Source of the DNA: Candidatus Bathyarchaeota archaeon
GTDB lineage: Archaea; Thermoproteota; Bathyarchaeia; TCS64
Reading direction: 5' to 3'
Assembly (NCBI GenBank): GCA_016783455.1
Contig: JADHWN010000010.1
Span: 2,913-66,912 of the forward strand
DNA: 64,000 bases
A model generated the notes under the pieces. That model had not been told where the DNA came from, ran no database searches, and saw only the letters and a program-made list of their open reading frames with translations. The translations under genes were made by a program, and so were the position numbers. Every line of letters starts with the position of its first letter. The stretch's first letter is position 1. Shown in pieces: positions 38,091-47,865 of the stretch.

Positions 38091-38909
38091 ATGTTCGAGC
38101 TATCTAACATGACCTGGCCGGAGGCCGAGGAGAGGTTCGGGAAGACTAATCTCGCCATCGTGCCGATAGGCGCGACAGAGCAGCACGGGCTTCACCTAGG
38201 AGTCGGGGCGGATTGGATCCAGGCCTGGAACATCGCGAGGATGGTGGGGGAAAGGACAGGTGCTCTGGTGCTGCCTGTCATGCCATACGGCGTCTCAGGC
38301 CACCATAAGGAGTTCCCTGGGACAATAACTCTCACCCCGGAGACCCTCCAGGAGGTGGTCTATGAGATCATCGAGAGCCTTGACCGCTATGGAATAGATC
38401 GGGTGGTCTTCATGAACGGTCATGGAGGGAACCTGGGTGCCATCACCGGTGCCATCAAGGAGGCCCGGGAGAACATGGGGACCCTCTGCGCCGTCGTCCA
38501 GTGGTGGGATATACTTAGCAGCAGGTCCATATACGGACACCCCGCCGAGGAGCACGCAGGTTACGCCGAGACTGCCCTCATGCTGGCGTCGAGGCCTGAG
38601 GCTGTGAGGATGGACCGGGCGGTGTTGACGCCGACGAGGCAGGTGGATGATGAGATCCAGCTTGTCAGATCGGGGCTCGGGAGGTTCAAAGACGGTCTTG
38701 TTAGGATACCGCTGAGCACCGTTGACGTATCTGAAACTGGCTCCATGACGGAGGCCCACCCCGAGGACGTGCCAGGAACCAGCGACTACTCCAAGATAAC
38801 TCCCGAGTTCGCGGAGACTCTGTTGGAAGATGTGGTGGCTTGGATGTCCGACTTCGTTAAAGGGTTTGAAAGCCTCAGCGTCCCACTCAATAAACCAAGG
38901 GGAGAATAA
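38091..38909 (+). CDS. creatininase-family amidohydrolase
   Basis: IVPIGATEQHGLHLGVGAD and MNGHGGN motifs, 272 aa. Confidence 0.85.
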   Translation: MFELSNMTWPEAEERFGKTNLAIVPIGATEQHGLHLGVGADWIQAWNIARMVGERTGALVLPVMPYGVSGHHKEFPGTITLTPETLQEVVYEIIESLDRYGIDRVVFMNGHGGNLGAITGAIKEARENMGTLCAVVQWWDILSSRSIYGHPAEEHAGYAETALMLASRPEAVRMDRAVLTPTRQVDDEIQLVRSGLGRFKDGLVRIPLSTVDVSETGSMTEAHPEDVPGTSDYSKITPEFAETLLEDVVAWMSDFVKGFESLSVPLNKPRGE

Positions 38910-38992
38910 ACGCAGAAAGGAAGGCCCGCTCTCCACATCCAGACAAGAGTTATTCCCTCATTAGGCTGTCCACTAGAAAAAAAGAAGGGGGA

Positions 38993-40249
38993 TTAGACGG
39001 TTCCCTCCTTCCAGGAGCGGAGGTACTCCGCCTGCCTCTCGGTGAGGGTGTCTATCTTAATCCCCATGCCCCGCAGCTTCAGCAGGGCGACATTCTCGTC
39101 TATGCTCTTGGGGACGTCGTAGACCTTGGGCTCCATCTTCTCGGCGTTCCAGACCCACTCCGCGACGAGGGCTTGGTTGGCGAAGCTCATGTCCATCACC
39201 TCGCTTGGGTGCCCCTCGGCGGCGGCGAGGTTCACGAGCCTCCCCTCGGCGAGGAGGTAGAGCTTCCTGCCGTCCTTGGTCGTGTACTCGTCGAGGCTGT
39301 CCCTGAGCCTGCGCTTCCCCGTGGACATCTCCTCCAGTGCCGGGATGTTGATCTCCACGTTGAAGTGGCCCGAGTTGGCCATGATGGCCCCACTCTTCAT
39401 CGCCTTCATGTGCTTTCCGTCGACGACGTGGATGTCCCCCGTGGAGGTCACGAAGATGTCCCCCACCTTCGCGGCCTCTGCCATGGTCGTCACCCGGTAG
39501 CCGTCCATCACCGCCTCCAGCGCCCTCAGGGGGTTCACCTCTGTCACTATGACGTTGGCCCCCATCCCGCGAGCCCTGCTGGCGATGCCCCTGGCACACC
39601 AGCCATAGCCGCCTACGACGAAGTTCTTCCCTGCGAGCAACACGGCGGTGGCCCTGAGGATGCCGTCGATGGTGCTCTGACCGGTACCGTACTGGTTGTC
39701 GAACATGTGCTTCGTGTCGGTGTCGTTCACGGCGATGATTGGATACTTGAGGGCTCCGTCGGCCTCCATCGCCCTGAGCCTGATGACCCCGGTGGTGGTC
39801 TCCTCGGAGCCGCCCTTCACGCTATCGATGAGGTCCGTCCGGCTGGAGTGGATGAGGCTCACGAGGTCGGCGCCGTCGTCTGTGGTCATGTTGGGCTTAT
39901 GGTCGAGGACCTTGTTCAGGCACCAGTAATACTCATCCGTGGTCTGCCCCCTCCATGAGTAGACAGGGGTCCCTGTCCTCACGAGGGCCGCGACCACCTC
40001 GTCCGTGGTAGAGAGAGGGTTGGAGCCGCAGAGGACAACCTTGGCGCCTCCTGCCTCAAGGGCCCTCACCAATACGGCGGTCTCCTTGGTGTCGTGGAGG
40101 CACGCCCCGATCACCGCGCCCTCAAGGGGCCTCTCCTTCTCGAAGCGCTCCTTTATGATGGCGAGGACGGGCATGTGGGCCTGGGCCCACTCGATTAATA
40201 ACTCGCCCTGATCGGCCAGATCTATGTCCTTGATCTTGTGGTCTGGCAA
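38993..40249 (-). CDS. ahcY: adenosylhomocysteinase
   Basis: [11 protein letters not shown] start, [14 protein letters not shown] site, 418 aa. TTG start. Confidence 0.95.
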   Translation of the reverse strand: MPDHKIKDIDLADQGELLIEWAQAHMPVLAIIKERFEKERPLEGAVIGACLHDTKETAVLVRALEAGGAKVVLCGSNPLSTTDEVVAALVRTGTPVYSWRGQTTDEYYWCLNKVLDHKPNMTTDDGADLVSLIHSSRTDLIDSVKGGSEETTTGVIRLRAMEADGALKYPIIAVNDTDTKHMFDNQYGTGQSTIDGILRATAVLLAGKNFVVGGYGWCARGIASRARGMGANVIVTEVNPLRALEAVMDGYRVTTMAEAAKVGDIFVTSTGDIHVVDGKHMKAMKSGAIMANSGHFNVEINIPALEEMSTGKRRLRDSLDEYTTKDGRKLYLLAEGRLVNLAAAEGHPSEVMDMSFANQALVAEWVWNAEKMEPKVYDVPKSIDENVALLKLRGMGIKIDTLTERQAEYLRSWKEGTV

Positions 40250-40297
40250 AATTTCACCGAGGACAATAGTCCTCTGGGGTATAAGGAGGTTACCCTG

Positions 40298-40597
40298 TCA
40301 GAGATGGACTATCTGGGCGTGGGGGACGTCGCCGATGTAGACTACGGCGGTCCTCTGCACCATCTCTTTCCCTATTGCGGCCTCGACTATCTTCTTTCCC
40401 ACGATGTTGCAGATGGTGGCCTTGCTCATAGCCTCCAGGGCCTCCTCGAGGCTGCTGAGTGAGCCCCCGTAGAAGCGCTCGCTCACCTCGAAGGGGACCC
40501 GTCCGCCCTCAAGGGTGCACCCCAAGAGTTCGGCGTCGCAGACGGAGACGAGGGTGTCCCTGTTCTGGCGGATGGTGTTGACGTAGACCTCGTCCAT
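40298..40597 (-). CDS. DUF424-family protein
   Basis: 99 aa. VSVCDAELLG motif and its position next to aIF-2 beta, as commonly seen in archaea. Confidence 0.65.
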   Translation of the reverse strand: MDEVYVNTIRQNRDTLVSVCDAELLGCTLEGGRVPFEVSERFYGGSLSSLEEALEAMSKATICNIVGKKIVEAAIGKEMVQRTAVVYIGDVPHAQIVHL

Positions 40598-40604
40598 TAG
40601 CCTA

Positions 40605-41024
40605 TCACTTGCTTCCTATGGAGGACCTAGCACCGCAGGCGTCGCACTGGAGGAAGAAGAGGCGCTTCTCCCTTACGATCCTGGAGTCCGGTCGCTTGCA
40701 GACGGGACAGATGACGTACTTGTTGGTGTAGACCTCCAGGAGGTTCTTGATGGAGTCCTCCCTGAACCTGCCCTGGAAGATGGCCCTCGTCCCGTCGAAC
40801 CTGGGGAGGGTCGCCATCTCCCCGGAGAGGAACTTGAGGAGGTGCTGGGGGTCCCGGTTGAGCTCGTCCGCGATCTCCTTGAAGTTCATGATGACGGTCC
40901 TCCTCCCCGCCGTCCTGAGGATGGGCCTGGGCACGGTCCACCTCTCATATGTCTCCACCTGGTCGGGGAGCTTCTCATAGGCCCTGTCGAGGATCGTCTT
41001 ATAGTCCTTCTCCAACGCAATCAC
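40605..41024 (-). CDS. translation initiation factor aIF-2 beta subunit
   Basis: C4 zinc ribbon CPVCKRPDS...CDACGA and the LLKFLSGEMAT central domain, 139 aa. Confidence 0.9.
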   Translation of the reverse strand: MIALEKDYKTILDRAYEKLPDQVETYERWTVPRPILRTAGRRTVIMNFKEIADELNRDPQHLLKFLSGEMATLPRFDGTRAIFQGRFREDSIKNLLEVYTNKYVICPVCKRPDSRIVREKRLFFLQCDACGARSSIGSK

Positions 41025-41121
41025 TATCCGTAGGTTTCTACCCTAATATAGTCCCTCCGCAGGAGGGCATCACCTGTATCGTCCATGGGAGTTCAAAAAG
41101 GTTTCCGGGTTCTCCCTAGGG

Positions 41122-41931
41122 TCACCTGGCCCATGTGTTGAGCACGAAGGCGCCTACGAGGAGGACCACGATCCCACCGAATACGAGCATGTTGCCTATG
41201 TTCCGGAGGATGGGCACCCGGGCCCCAAGCTTGACGTCCACGTCGACCCCCGCTGAGCCGTCGGCGTTCATGACCACCACCCAGTAGCTCCCGGAGACGG
41301 GCTCCCAGTTCAGGTCCTGGCTCCCTGAGCCGAAGCTAACGGCGTCCCAGGAGCTGATGACGACGGGGGCCACCTCCGGGGCTCCTCCCCCGTGGCGTGA
41401 GTAGGATATGTCGGGCTCATCCCTGGTCCAGGGGTCATAGGACCATGAGAGCCTCGAGAGCTCGTCGTACTCAACGCCTTCGAGGTAGTTCTCGGCCTGG
41501 GATTGTTGAGCGATGGCTATCAATATCTCGCTTGAGGGATCGTTGCTCTCGACGACGAACTTCAGGGTGACTATCTCAGACACTCCTCTGGTCAGCCAGA
41601 AGGATGACGGGAGGTCTATGTCCGCGTTGATATCGAAGCTCGGGGAAACGATGGCGTAGGTGTCAGTGTGAATGCGGACGCTCCTGCTAACCAGGAAACC
41701 ATCCGGATCGGCGAAGCTGCTCTGAGCCCACATGATCGCCCCCCCTCCGGCCATGAGCCCCAACGACGTGGCTATGATTATGAACCCTATGAAACCGGCG
41801 AGGATCCTACCTATTGGCCACCCCCGTCCCCTAGGCATTCGGTATCCTGTCTCCCTCTGGGAGGCTCCACAGTGGGGGCAGTAGACGACCTCGTCTCCAA
41901 CCTCTTTCCCGCAGTTTGGACAGTAAGGCAT
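41122..41931 (-). CDS. zinc-ribbon membrane protein, hypothetical
   Basis: N-terminal CPNCG..CPHCG ribbon, one TM helix, an extracytoplasmic domain and a C-terminal TM helix. Confidence 0.6.
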   Translation of the reverse strand: MPYCPNCGKEVGDEVVYCPHCGASQRETGYRMPRGRGWPIGRILAGFIGFIIIATSLGLMAGGGAIMWAQSSFADPDGFLVSRSVRIHTDTYAIVSPSFDINADIDLPSSFWLTRGVSEIVTLKFVVESNDPSSEILIAIAQQSQAENYLEGVEYDELSRLSWSYDPWTRDEPDISYSRHGGGAPEVAPVVISSWDAVSFGSGSQDLNWEPVSGSYWVVVMNADGSAGVDVDVKLGARVPILRNIGNMLVFGGIVVLLVGAFVLNTWAR

Positions 41932-42031
41932 GGATGATCTCCTACCTTTCCTTCAAAAGCAGCCGGATTATTAAACCGATCTTTTGCTTTCTCCATAAAC
42001 TGTTTTATTTAGTTCAGCCATAGGAGTCCCC

Positions 42032-42646
42032 GTGTCCGACGATAAGTTTGATTGCGAGGTCATGGACTGGGAGCTCTTCTACTCCCTATCCGAGAAGGTC
42101 GCCCGGAAGATAATCAAGTCAGGCTACAGGGCCGATTTCATGGTAGGGCTTGCTCGAGGGGGCTGGGTGCTCTCCAGGGTGCTCTGCGACTTCCTGGCCA
42201 TCAAGGATCTGGTGAGCCTCAAGGTGGAGCACTGGGGGGTTACGGCGACCCCGGACGGGAAGGCCCAGCTCAAGTACCCCTTCGAGATCGACCTGACCGG
42301 GAGGAGCGTCATCGTTGTAGACGATATCACCGACACCGGGGACAGCATGAAGATAGCCACGGACTATGTGCGGACGAAGAACCCGGCAGAGGTCCGGACG
42401 GCCGCCCTGAGGCACATCAAGGGCTCCAAGTTCACCCCTGACTACTACGGCGACGAGATCAGCTGGCGGTGGGTCATCTTCCCTTGGAACTACGTCGAGG
42501 ACATGTGCAACATCGTCCCCAAGGCGTCGGAGGGGACCGACGATCCTGCTGAGGTCAAGAGGCGCCTAAAGGTGAACCACAAGATCGATGTCGACGAGGA
42601 TGAGATCACTCGAATCCTCGAAGAAGTAGAGAGACGGAAGGGATGA
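42032..42646 (+). CDS. purine phosphoribosyltransferase (type I PRTase)
   Basis: VIVVDDITDTGDSM PRPP-binding motif, 204 aa. GTG start. Confidence 0.8.
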   Translation: MSDDKFDCEVMDWELFYSLSEKVARKIIKSGYRADFMVGLARGGWVLSRVLCDFLAIKDLVSLKVEHWGVTATPDGKAQLKYPFEIDLTGRSVIVVDDITDTGDSMKIATDYVRTKNPAEVRTAALRHIKGSKFTPDYYGDEISWRWVIFPWNYVEDMCNIVPKASEGTDDPAEVKRRLKVNHKIDVDEDEITRILEEVERRKG

Positions 42647-42739
42647 GCCCCCGCTTCCCGACTAGATGAGTGTTTGATGCGCGCGTAATATACTCGGAGT
42701 GCGCGCACCTAAATACCGGATTCACCGAACTTTCTTAGA

Positions 42740-43930
42740 ATGTCCTCCACAGGCGTTGATAAGAGAAAGCGAGCAGACCCCGATCCGGTGGCCTCCATAG
42801 CCAGCAGGATGAACCTCAGGGAGGGGGAGGAGGCCGTCAGGAGGGTCCTCCGTGAGGTCCACCGCATGAGGAAGGTCGGGACCAAGGACCTAGCCCGAGG
42901 CGCAAGGCTACCCATCCCCGTCACCGCCGCCATCAGGCGTGAGCTGGAGAAGGGGGGGCTGCTGAGGAGGGAGGGGGGAGCAGTCCTGACCCCAGAGGGG
43001 GAGGCATACGTCACGGAGGTCCTGGGCCTCGTGTGGGGGGTAAACAAGGCGCCTGCCCCCCGTGATGGAGGGAGGTCACCCATCCCCGATGAGTACACAG
43101 AAATGTTGGAGAGGCTGAGGACACTCTCCGAGTTAAGGCCCGCAGCCATGCCCCAGCTGGATCAGGCACACGCCACCCCCGAGACCTCCCTGAGGCGAGC
43201 GTTGTACATGCAGGAGGAGGGGGACCTGGGGGGGAGGGACGTGCTGTTCCTGGGCGACGACGACTTAACCTCCGTGGCCGCCGGGCTGCTGAAGGTGGCC
43301 CGAAAACTAACGGTTGTCGATATTGATGAGAGGCTGCTGAAGGTCATAGATGAGGTCTCCATGGAGAACGGGCTGGGGATCGAGACCGTATGCCACGACC
43401 TCAGGAAACCCCTCCCTGAAGGCCTGATGGGGGGCTTCGACATCGTTGCGACGGATCCCCCGTACACCGTATCGGGCTTGGAGGTCTTCCTGTCCCGTGG
43501 GATCGAGGCCCTGAGGAGCCTGAAGATGTCCACGGTCTACCTCAGCTTTGCTGACAAGCCGCCCCTGGAGATGCTCGAGGTCCACAGGGCCATAACGGGC
43601 ATGGGCGTCTTCGTCCGTGAGCTGATCCCCAGGTTCAACGAGTACGTGGGGGCGGAGATGTTCGCGAACATCACCTCCCTGATGAGGCTCTCCACAACGG
43701 AGGACGCCGAGCCTGCGGTAAAGGGAGTGTACGAGGACGTCATGTACACCGGGGAGGTCAACCCCACCGTTCGGGTCTACAGGTGCAGGTGTGGCGCTGA
43801 GGTCACGGTGGGGGCCGGAGAGACGTACGGGACCGTGGAGGTTCTCAAGGAGAGGGGCTGCCCAAGCTGCGGTGCTCATGAAGGCTTCAGTCTCCGTCGG
43901 AGGGTTAAATTGCCGGGAGGTCGGAGGTAG
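42740..43930 (+). CDS. bpsA: N4-bis(aminopropyl)spermidine synthase-like aminopropyltransferase (DUF43/BpsA family)
   Basis: LFLGDDDLTS and VATDPPYT motifs and an N-terminal winged-helix-like region. Extra C-terminal CRC...CPSC zinc ribbon. Immediately followed by speH. Confidence 0.7.
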   Translation: MSSTGVDKRKRADPDPVASIASRMNLREGEEAVRRVLREVHRMRKVGTKDLARGARLPIPVTAAIRRELEKGGLLRREGGAVLTPEGEAYVTEVLGLVWGVNKAPAPRDGGRSPIPDEYTEMLERLRTLSELRPAAMPQLDQAHATPETSLRRALYMQEEGDLGGRDVLFLGDDDLTSVAAGLLKVARKLTVVDIDERLLKVIDEVSMENGLGIETVCHDLRKPLPEGLMGGFDIVATDPPYTVSGLEVFLSRGIEALRSLKMSTVYLSFADKPPLEMLEVHRAITGMGVFVRELIPRFNEYVGAEMFANITSLMRLSTTEDAEPAVKGVYEDVMYTGEVNPTVRVYRCRCGAEVTVGAGETYGTVEVLKERGCPSCGAHEGFSLRRRVKLPGGRR

Positions 43931-43937
43931 GCGTGCC

Positions 43938-44297
43938 GTGAAGATCTCTCAACTCCTGGTGGACGCCTACGGGTGCAGCGCGGACCTGAACGACGACGGA
44001 TTCCTACTTGACCTCGTTGAGAGGGCCGCCGAGGCTGCGCGTTCACACGTCGTGGAGAGGTTGGTCCACAGGTACCCCAAGGAGGGGGTGACCGTCATCC
44101 TCATCCTCGCCGAGACCCACCTCTCGATCCACACTTGGCCGGAGCATGGGTACGCGGCCGTGGACGTCTTCATCTGTGGAGATGGCAGGGACCCCCATGC
44201 CGCCTGGGCCGTGATTAAGGAGGGGTTGAGGCCTGCGTCCTTCGAGGAAAAGGAGATCTACCGGACGATCGGCAGAAAGGGCGAGGTAAAACCATAA
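43938..44297 (+). CDS. speH: S-adenosylmethionine decarboxylase proenzyme, SpeH (class 1) type
   Basis: Start taken at the in-frame GTG 43938; the listed 43791 start overlaps bpsA. LLVDAYGC and AETHLSIHTWPEHGYAAVDVFICG match the SpeH core. 119 aa. Confidence 0.85.
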   Translation: MKISQLLVDAYGCSADLNDDGFLLDLVERAAEAARSHVVERLVHRYPKEGVTVILILAETHLSIHTWPEHGYAAVDVFICGDGRDPHAAWAVIKEGLRPASFEEKEIYRTIGRKGEVKP

Positions 44298-44330
44298 CCT
44301 GCCCCTGAGACGCACGACTGAAGCAAGTTC

Positions 44331-44825
44331 CTAGAGCTCGACTCCCTTGGTCTTCTTCCCCGTGAGGTTGTCCATTCTGATCCTTCCCACGGTCGCCCGC
44401 TCCAGATGCTCGTCCATGACCCTCTGGAGCCCCTCGGACGGGGCGTCGAGCTGCCTGTTGGTCATTATGAAGGCGTGGCGCTTCTCCTCGAGGTCCTCGA
44501 CGAAGGTGACCTCTCCCTGGAACATGACCGAGGTGAACTCCTGGCGGCAGTCGTCATGGCCGTCGAAGAACCCGAAATCCAGGACGGCCTGGCCCCAGAT
44601 CGTGGGGTTGGCCCTCATGTAGTCGAGCTTCTTTCCCTCAGATGCGCAGTGGAAGTAGATTACGTCCTTCTCCTCGTCATAGCCGTGGCTCAGGGAGACC
44701 AGGTAGGGCATGTCGTCCTTGCACATGGCGACAGTGATGTGCTTGGCCTCCCCTAGGATCCTCCTCAGCGTGGCTGGGTCCTCTATCGCCTTGTCCTTTC
44801 TCCTCATATGGTAACTCTCGCTCAT
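44331..44825 (-). CDS. pyridoxamine-5'-phosphate-oxidase-like FMN-binding split-barrel protein
   Basis: 164 aa. General pattern of the PNPOx-like/NimA-type family (VAMCKDDMPYLVSLSHGY, IYFHCASEGKK). Confidence 0.7.
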   Translation of the reverse strand: MSESYHMRRKDKAIEDPATLRRILGEAKHITVAMCKDDMPYLVSLSHGYDEEKDVIYFHCASEGKKLDYMRANPTIWGQAVLDFGFFDGHDDCRQEFTSVMFQGEVTFVEDLEEKRHAFIMTNRQLDAPSEGLQRVMDEHLERATVGRIRMDNLTGKKTKGVEL

Positions 44826-44989
44826 CTGTAGTCCACCTCTTGGATGTCCACGAAATCAAACATGTTCAAACCAACACTTCCGTATCTGACTGTTACAGGT
44901 ACGCCTCGCACTGTGTGTCCAGATAAGATCTCTGCAAGCCGGTTCATGGTGCGGTAAGATTGAACATGAGCTTTGATTGGGTAGGGCGG

Positions 44990-45334
44990 TTATCCGATTC
45001 CTAGTGTGAAGCTGACCACCAGCACGAATAGTACAATGGTGGTGATGGTCGTGAATGCATTGTCATGAAGTGTCGTGTAGACGTAGATGGAGGCCACTAT
45101 CCGGAGGACGGGTGTGACGATGAGGGTCAGGAACCCTAAAAAGAGGATGTGGGAGGGGCCGAAGAAGGGATCGCCCATGATGAGCCAGTCTAGGTCCATC
45201 TTCCCGTTGGGGCAGGACGTGTCACCCGTGACGATCGTCAGCGTCAGCCCGAACAGTATCAGGGCCGCGCTCATGAGCACGCCAACTCTCAGGATATTAG
45301 AGACTAAGGCCTCCATACTCTTCAGCGTGCTCAT
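44990..45334 (-). CDS. DUF1634-family membrane protein
   Basis: 114 aa with three to four TM helices. The start overlaps the stop of the upstream TauE gene (TAATG), which is the usual TauE/DUF1634 pairing. Confidence 0.7.
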   Translation of the reverse strand: MSTLKSMEALVSNILRVGVLMSAALILFGLTLTIVTGDTSCPNGKMDLDWLIMGDPFFGPSHILFLGFLTLIVTPVLRIVASIYVYTTLHDNAFTTITTIVLFVLVVSFTLGIG

Positions 45335-46191
45335 TACACGCCAACCCCCGAGAGTATCATCCTGAGCCCCAGGACGAGGAGCACAATCACGAATATCTTC
45401 TTGAGGTCGACGCCCCGCACGTGCCTTATCAGCCGTGCCCCTATGAAGGCCCCCGCGAGGGTCCCCAGGACGACGGGGGCGGTCAGGAAGGCGTCGCAGT
45501 ACCCGTTCCTGATGTAGACGAGGGCGCTTGCCGCGGCCGTCACCCCGATCATGAAGTTGCTTGTGGCTACGGCTACCTTCATCGGGACCCCCCCGACGGC
45601 GTTCATCGCGGGGACCTTGATGCCTCCCCCGCCGATGCCCAGCAGCCCGGACACGATGCCCGCAACGTAGCTGATGATGAACGTGATGGGGGTGTTGCTC
45701 ACGCCGTATGTGATGGACTCGTTCCTAGCTGAGTCGAAGTAGTTTCCCCCCAGGTGGAGCTTGTCGGCGATGGCGTCGTTGGGTCTCTGGGCCCAGCTCC
45801 TTTCCATCTTCCTGGACTGGAGGAACATGGTCGATGCAGCGTATAGGAGGGAGAGGCCGAAGATGATCCTGAGGGCAGCCTCGCTCATCACGGCGATGAG
45901 GAACGCCCCCGTCACCGCCCCGATGGTCGTGGCCAGCTCGAGGAACATCCCCAGCCTCATGTTCGTCATCTCCTCCTTGACGTAGGAGACGGCCGCTGCG
46001 CTCGATGTGGCGACGACCGCTATGATGCTGGCGCCGGAGGCGATGTGGATGGGCACCTTGAGAAGAAATATGAGAAGGGGTACCATGATCGTCCCGCCCC
46101 CCATCCCCAGCATCGCGCCTAGCCCCCCCGAGCCGAGGGAGATTATGAAGGCGTAGATGACGTACAGGGGCAGGTACATTACTCCCACCAC
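45334..46191 (-). CDS. TauE/SafE-family anion (sulfite-type) exporter
   Basis: 285 aa, internally duplicated 4-TM halves with GxGGG motifs. Confidence 0.85.
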   Translation of the reverse strand: MVGVMYLPLYVIYAFIISLGSGGLGAMLGMGGGTIMVPLLIFLLKVPIHIASGASIIAVVATSSAAAVSYVKEEMTNMRLGMFLELATTIGAVTGAFLIAVMSEAALRIIFGLSLLYAASTMFLQSRKMERSWAQRPNDAIADKLHLGGNYFDSARNESITYGVSNTPITFIISYVAGIVSGLLGIGGGGIKVPAMNAVGGVPMKVAVATSNFMIGVTAAASALVYIRNGYCDAFLTAPVVLGTLAGAFIGARLIRHVRGVDLKKIFVIVLLVLGLRMILSGVGV

Positions 46192-46489
46192 CGGCGTTTA
46201 GATAAATAGTGTTTATTGATTGGCAACCCATAACCTTGCGGCGTGTCGAAATTGGGTCCGCCCATGATATCGACAAGAAATATGTTAAGATTTTTAAATA
46301 TATGGGGGAAAATCGTAAATTAAATAAAATTATTACTAACAATCACCTCTCCCTAGCGTATAAACGTGAAAATTGTATTGGAAAACGGGTTATCATGTAA
46401 CTTTCTGTTGACGCGAAGAGACCTTCAGAATCGCTTTAAGATTCCCTCCGGACCACCAATATTTGGAGAGGAACAACTGGAGGTAGTTT

Positions 46490-46996
46490 ATGACATCGAA
46501 AATCCAATCCAACTCCCACGTTATACTGGCGATAGTGCTGATGTTCACAGTGACCCTGACCGGGCTGTCGTACAAGGTCAACCCAGCCCTTCAGACGGCG
46601 GGGGTCGAAGGCCAGTTCATGGCCGCGGCCTCCGGGATGGAGCCCGACACCGTCCACAAGGAGGTCGGTGAGTACGTCCACGTGAAAGCCAGGGTCAAGA
46701 ACATCGGCAGCGTCTCCGCAACGTACCTGATAATCGCCAAGTACAGGGCGGAGGGGACGGATGACTGGATCCAGTGCGGATTAGAGGACCTCAGGCTGGA
46801 GCCTGAGACATATGAGACGATGCTCATCGCCACAGTCCAGTGCACAGATGAGATGGCGGGGATGTACTTCGAACTGCTGCTGGTGCTCTACGACGCGGGG
46901 ACAGAGAGGGTCCTCGACGAGAAGGTCATGGAGAGGGCCTGGTTCGTGAACGAGAACGTCCCCGAGGGGACGATACACGAACTCTGGGTCGAATGA
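46490..46996 (+). CDS. hypothetical secreted/anchored protein
   Basis: GGAGGT 5 nt upstream of the ATG. N-terminal hydrophobic segment VILAIVLMFTVTL. The beta-rich remainder has no recognised family. Confidence 0.5.
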   Translation: MTSKIQSNSHVILAIVLMFTVTLTGLSYKVNPALQTAGVEGQFMAAASGMEPDTVHKEVGEYVHVKARVKNIGSVSATYLIIAKYRAEGTDDWIQCGLEDLRLEPETYETMLIATVQCTDEMAGMYFELLLVLYDAGTERVLDEKVMERAWFVNENVPEGTIHELWVE

Positions 46997-47205
46997 CCTG
47001 ACCCGCAGCTTCGCAAGAGAAGGACGACCCTTCCAACCCTAAATTTTTCTTATGAACCACCCAGCGGAGCCCGTTCCCTGTCCAGCCTTTCATGGTACCG
47101 GTGTTCTCAGTGAGGTTGCCGAGTCAAATGGGAGTGTAGGGCCGTCACATCACCCACGTCAGAGTTAATAAAAGATGGATGAGTCCCCATAGTCTAGTGA
47201 TAGGG

Positions 47206-47865
47206 ATGATTCTGGGTATCAGCGCGAGCGGCCGTGTGGTCGAGAGGGACGATCACGGGCGGCTCCTCAAGGGAGTCACGGAGGACCTCGTCAAGTACAT
47301 ACTGGACAACACCGGGGAGGAGTGGGAGTACGTCTCCCTGAGCGGAAAGGACATCGTGGGCTGCCAGGGCTGCCTCAGGTGCGCATCGGACAACGTCTGC
47401 AAGGTCGTAGACGACTGGGCGGAGGTCAGGGACCTGATGCTCGCCTCGGAGGCCGTCGTATTCGGGGCCCCCGTCTACTACGGGGCTATCAATGCCGTGG
47501 GCCACGCCTTCCTGGAGCGCCTCTTCAGCTTAAGGCACCGGGAGAGGTTCAGCCTGACAGGGAAGCCCAACGTCATAGTCACGGCTGGGACCGACGAGCC
47601 CAACCCCGCGGAGGACTACATCCGGAGGATGTTTAGGAGCAACTACATGACCGAGCCCGTCGGCGTCCTCAGGTCCAAGGGGGTGGCCCAGTGCTACACC
47701 TGTGGATACGGGGAGGACTGCGCGGCAGGCGCTGTCGTCGCCCGCCATGGCTTCCTGGACAGGATAGAGGGCTGCCTCATACCCCAGGTCCCTGCGGAGA
47801 CGTACCAGAAGGCACGGATTATATCTAAGCGGCTCGGCTCCGTGGTCAGAGGAAACCGGAAATAG
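47206..47865 (+). CDS. flavodoxin-fold NAD(P)H-dependent FMN reductase-like protein
   Basis: Start at ATG 47206 gives the typical MILGISASGR N-terminus. AVVFGAPVYYGAIN motif. Cys cluster CQGCLRCASDNVC. Confidence 0.7.
   Translation: MILGISASGRVVERDDHGRLLKGVTEDLVKYILDNTGEEWEYVSLSGKDIVGCQGCLRCASDNVCKVVDDWAEVRDLMLASEAVVFGAPVYYGAINAVGHAFLERLFSLRHRERFSLTGKPNVIVTAGTDEPNPAEDYIRRMFRSNYMTEPVGVLRSKGVAQCYTCGYGEDCAAGAVVARHGFLDRIEGCLIPQVPAETYQKARIISKRLGSVVRGNRK

Noticed and set aside
43791-43937. The longer 168-aa version of the speH ORF.
   Set aside because: The extra N-terminal codons overlap the end of bpsA in another frame and are Arg/Gly-rich. The in-frame GTG at 43938 gives a protein of the normal SpeH length starting at the conserved LLVDAYGC region.
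46209-46400. 63-aa ORF in the AT-rich spacer between the TauE gene and 46490.
   Set aside because: Composition is that of AT-rich intergenic DNA. There are no SD and no motifs, and the spacer is most simply a divergent promoter region.
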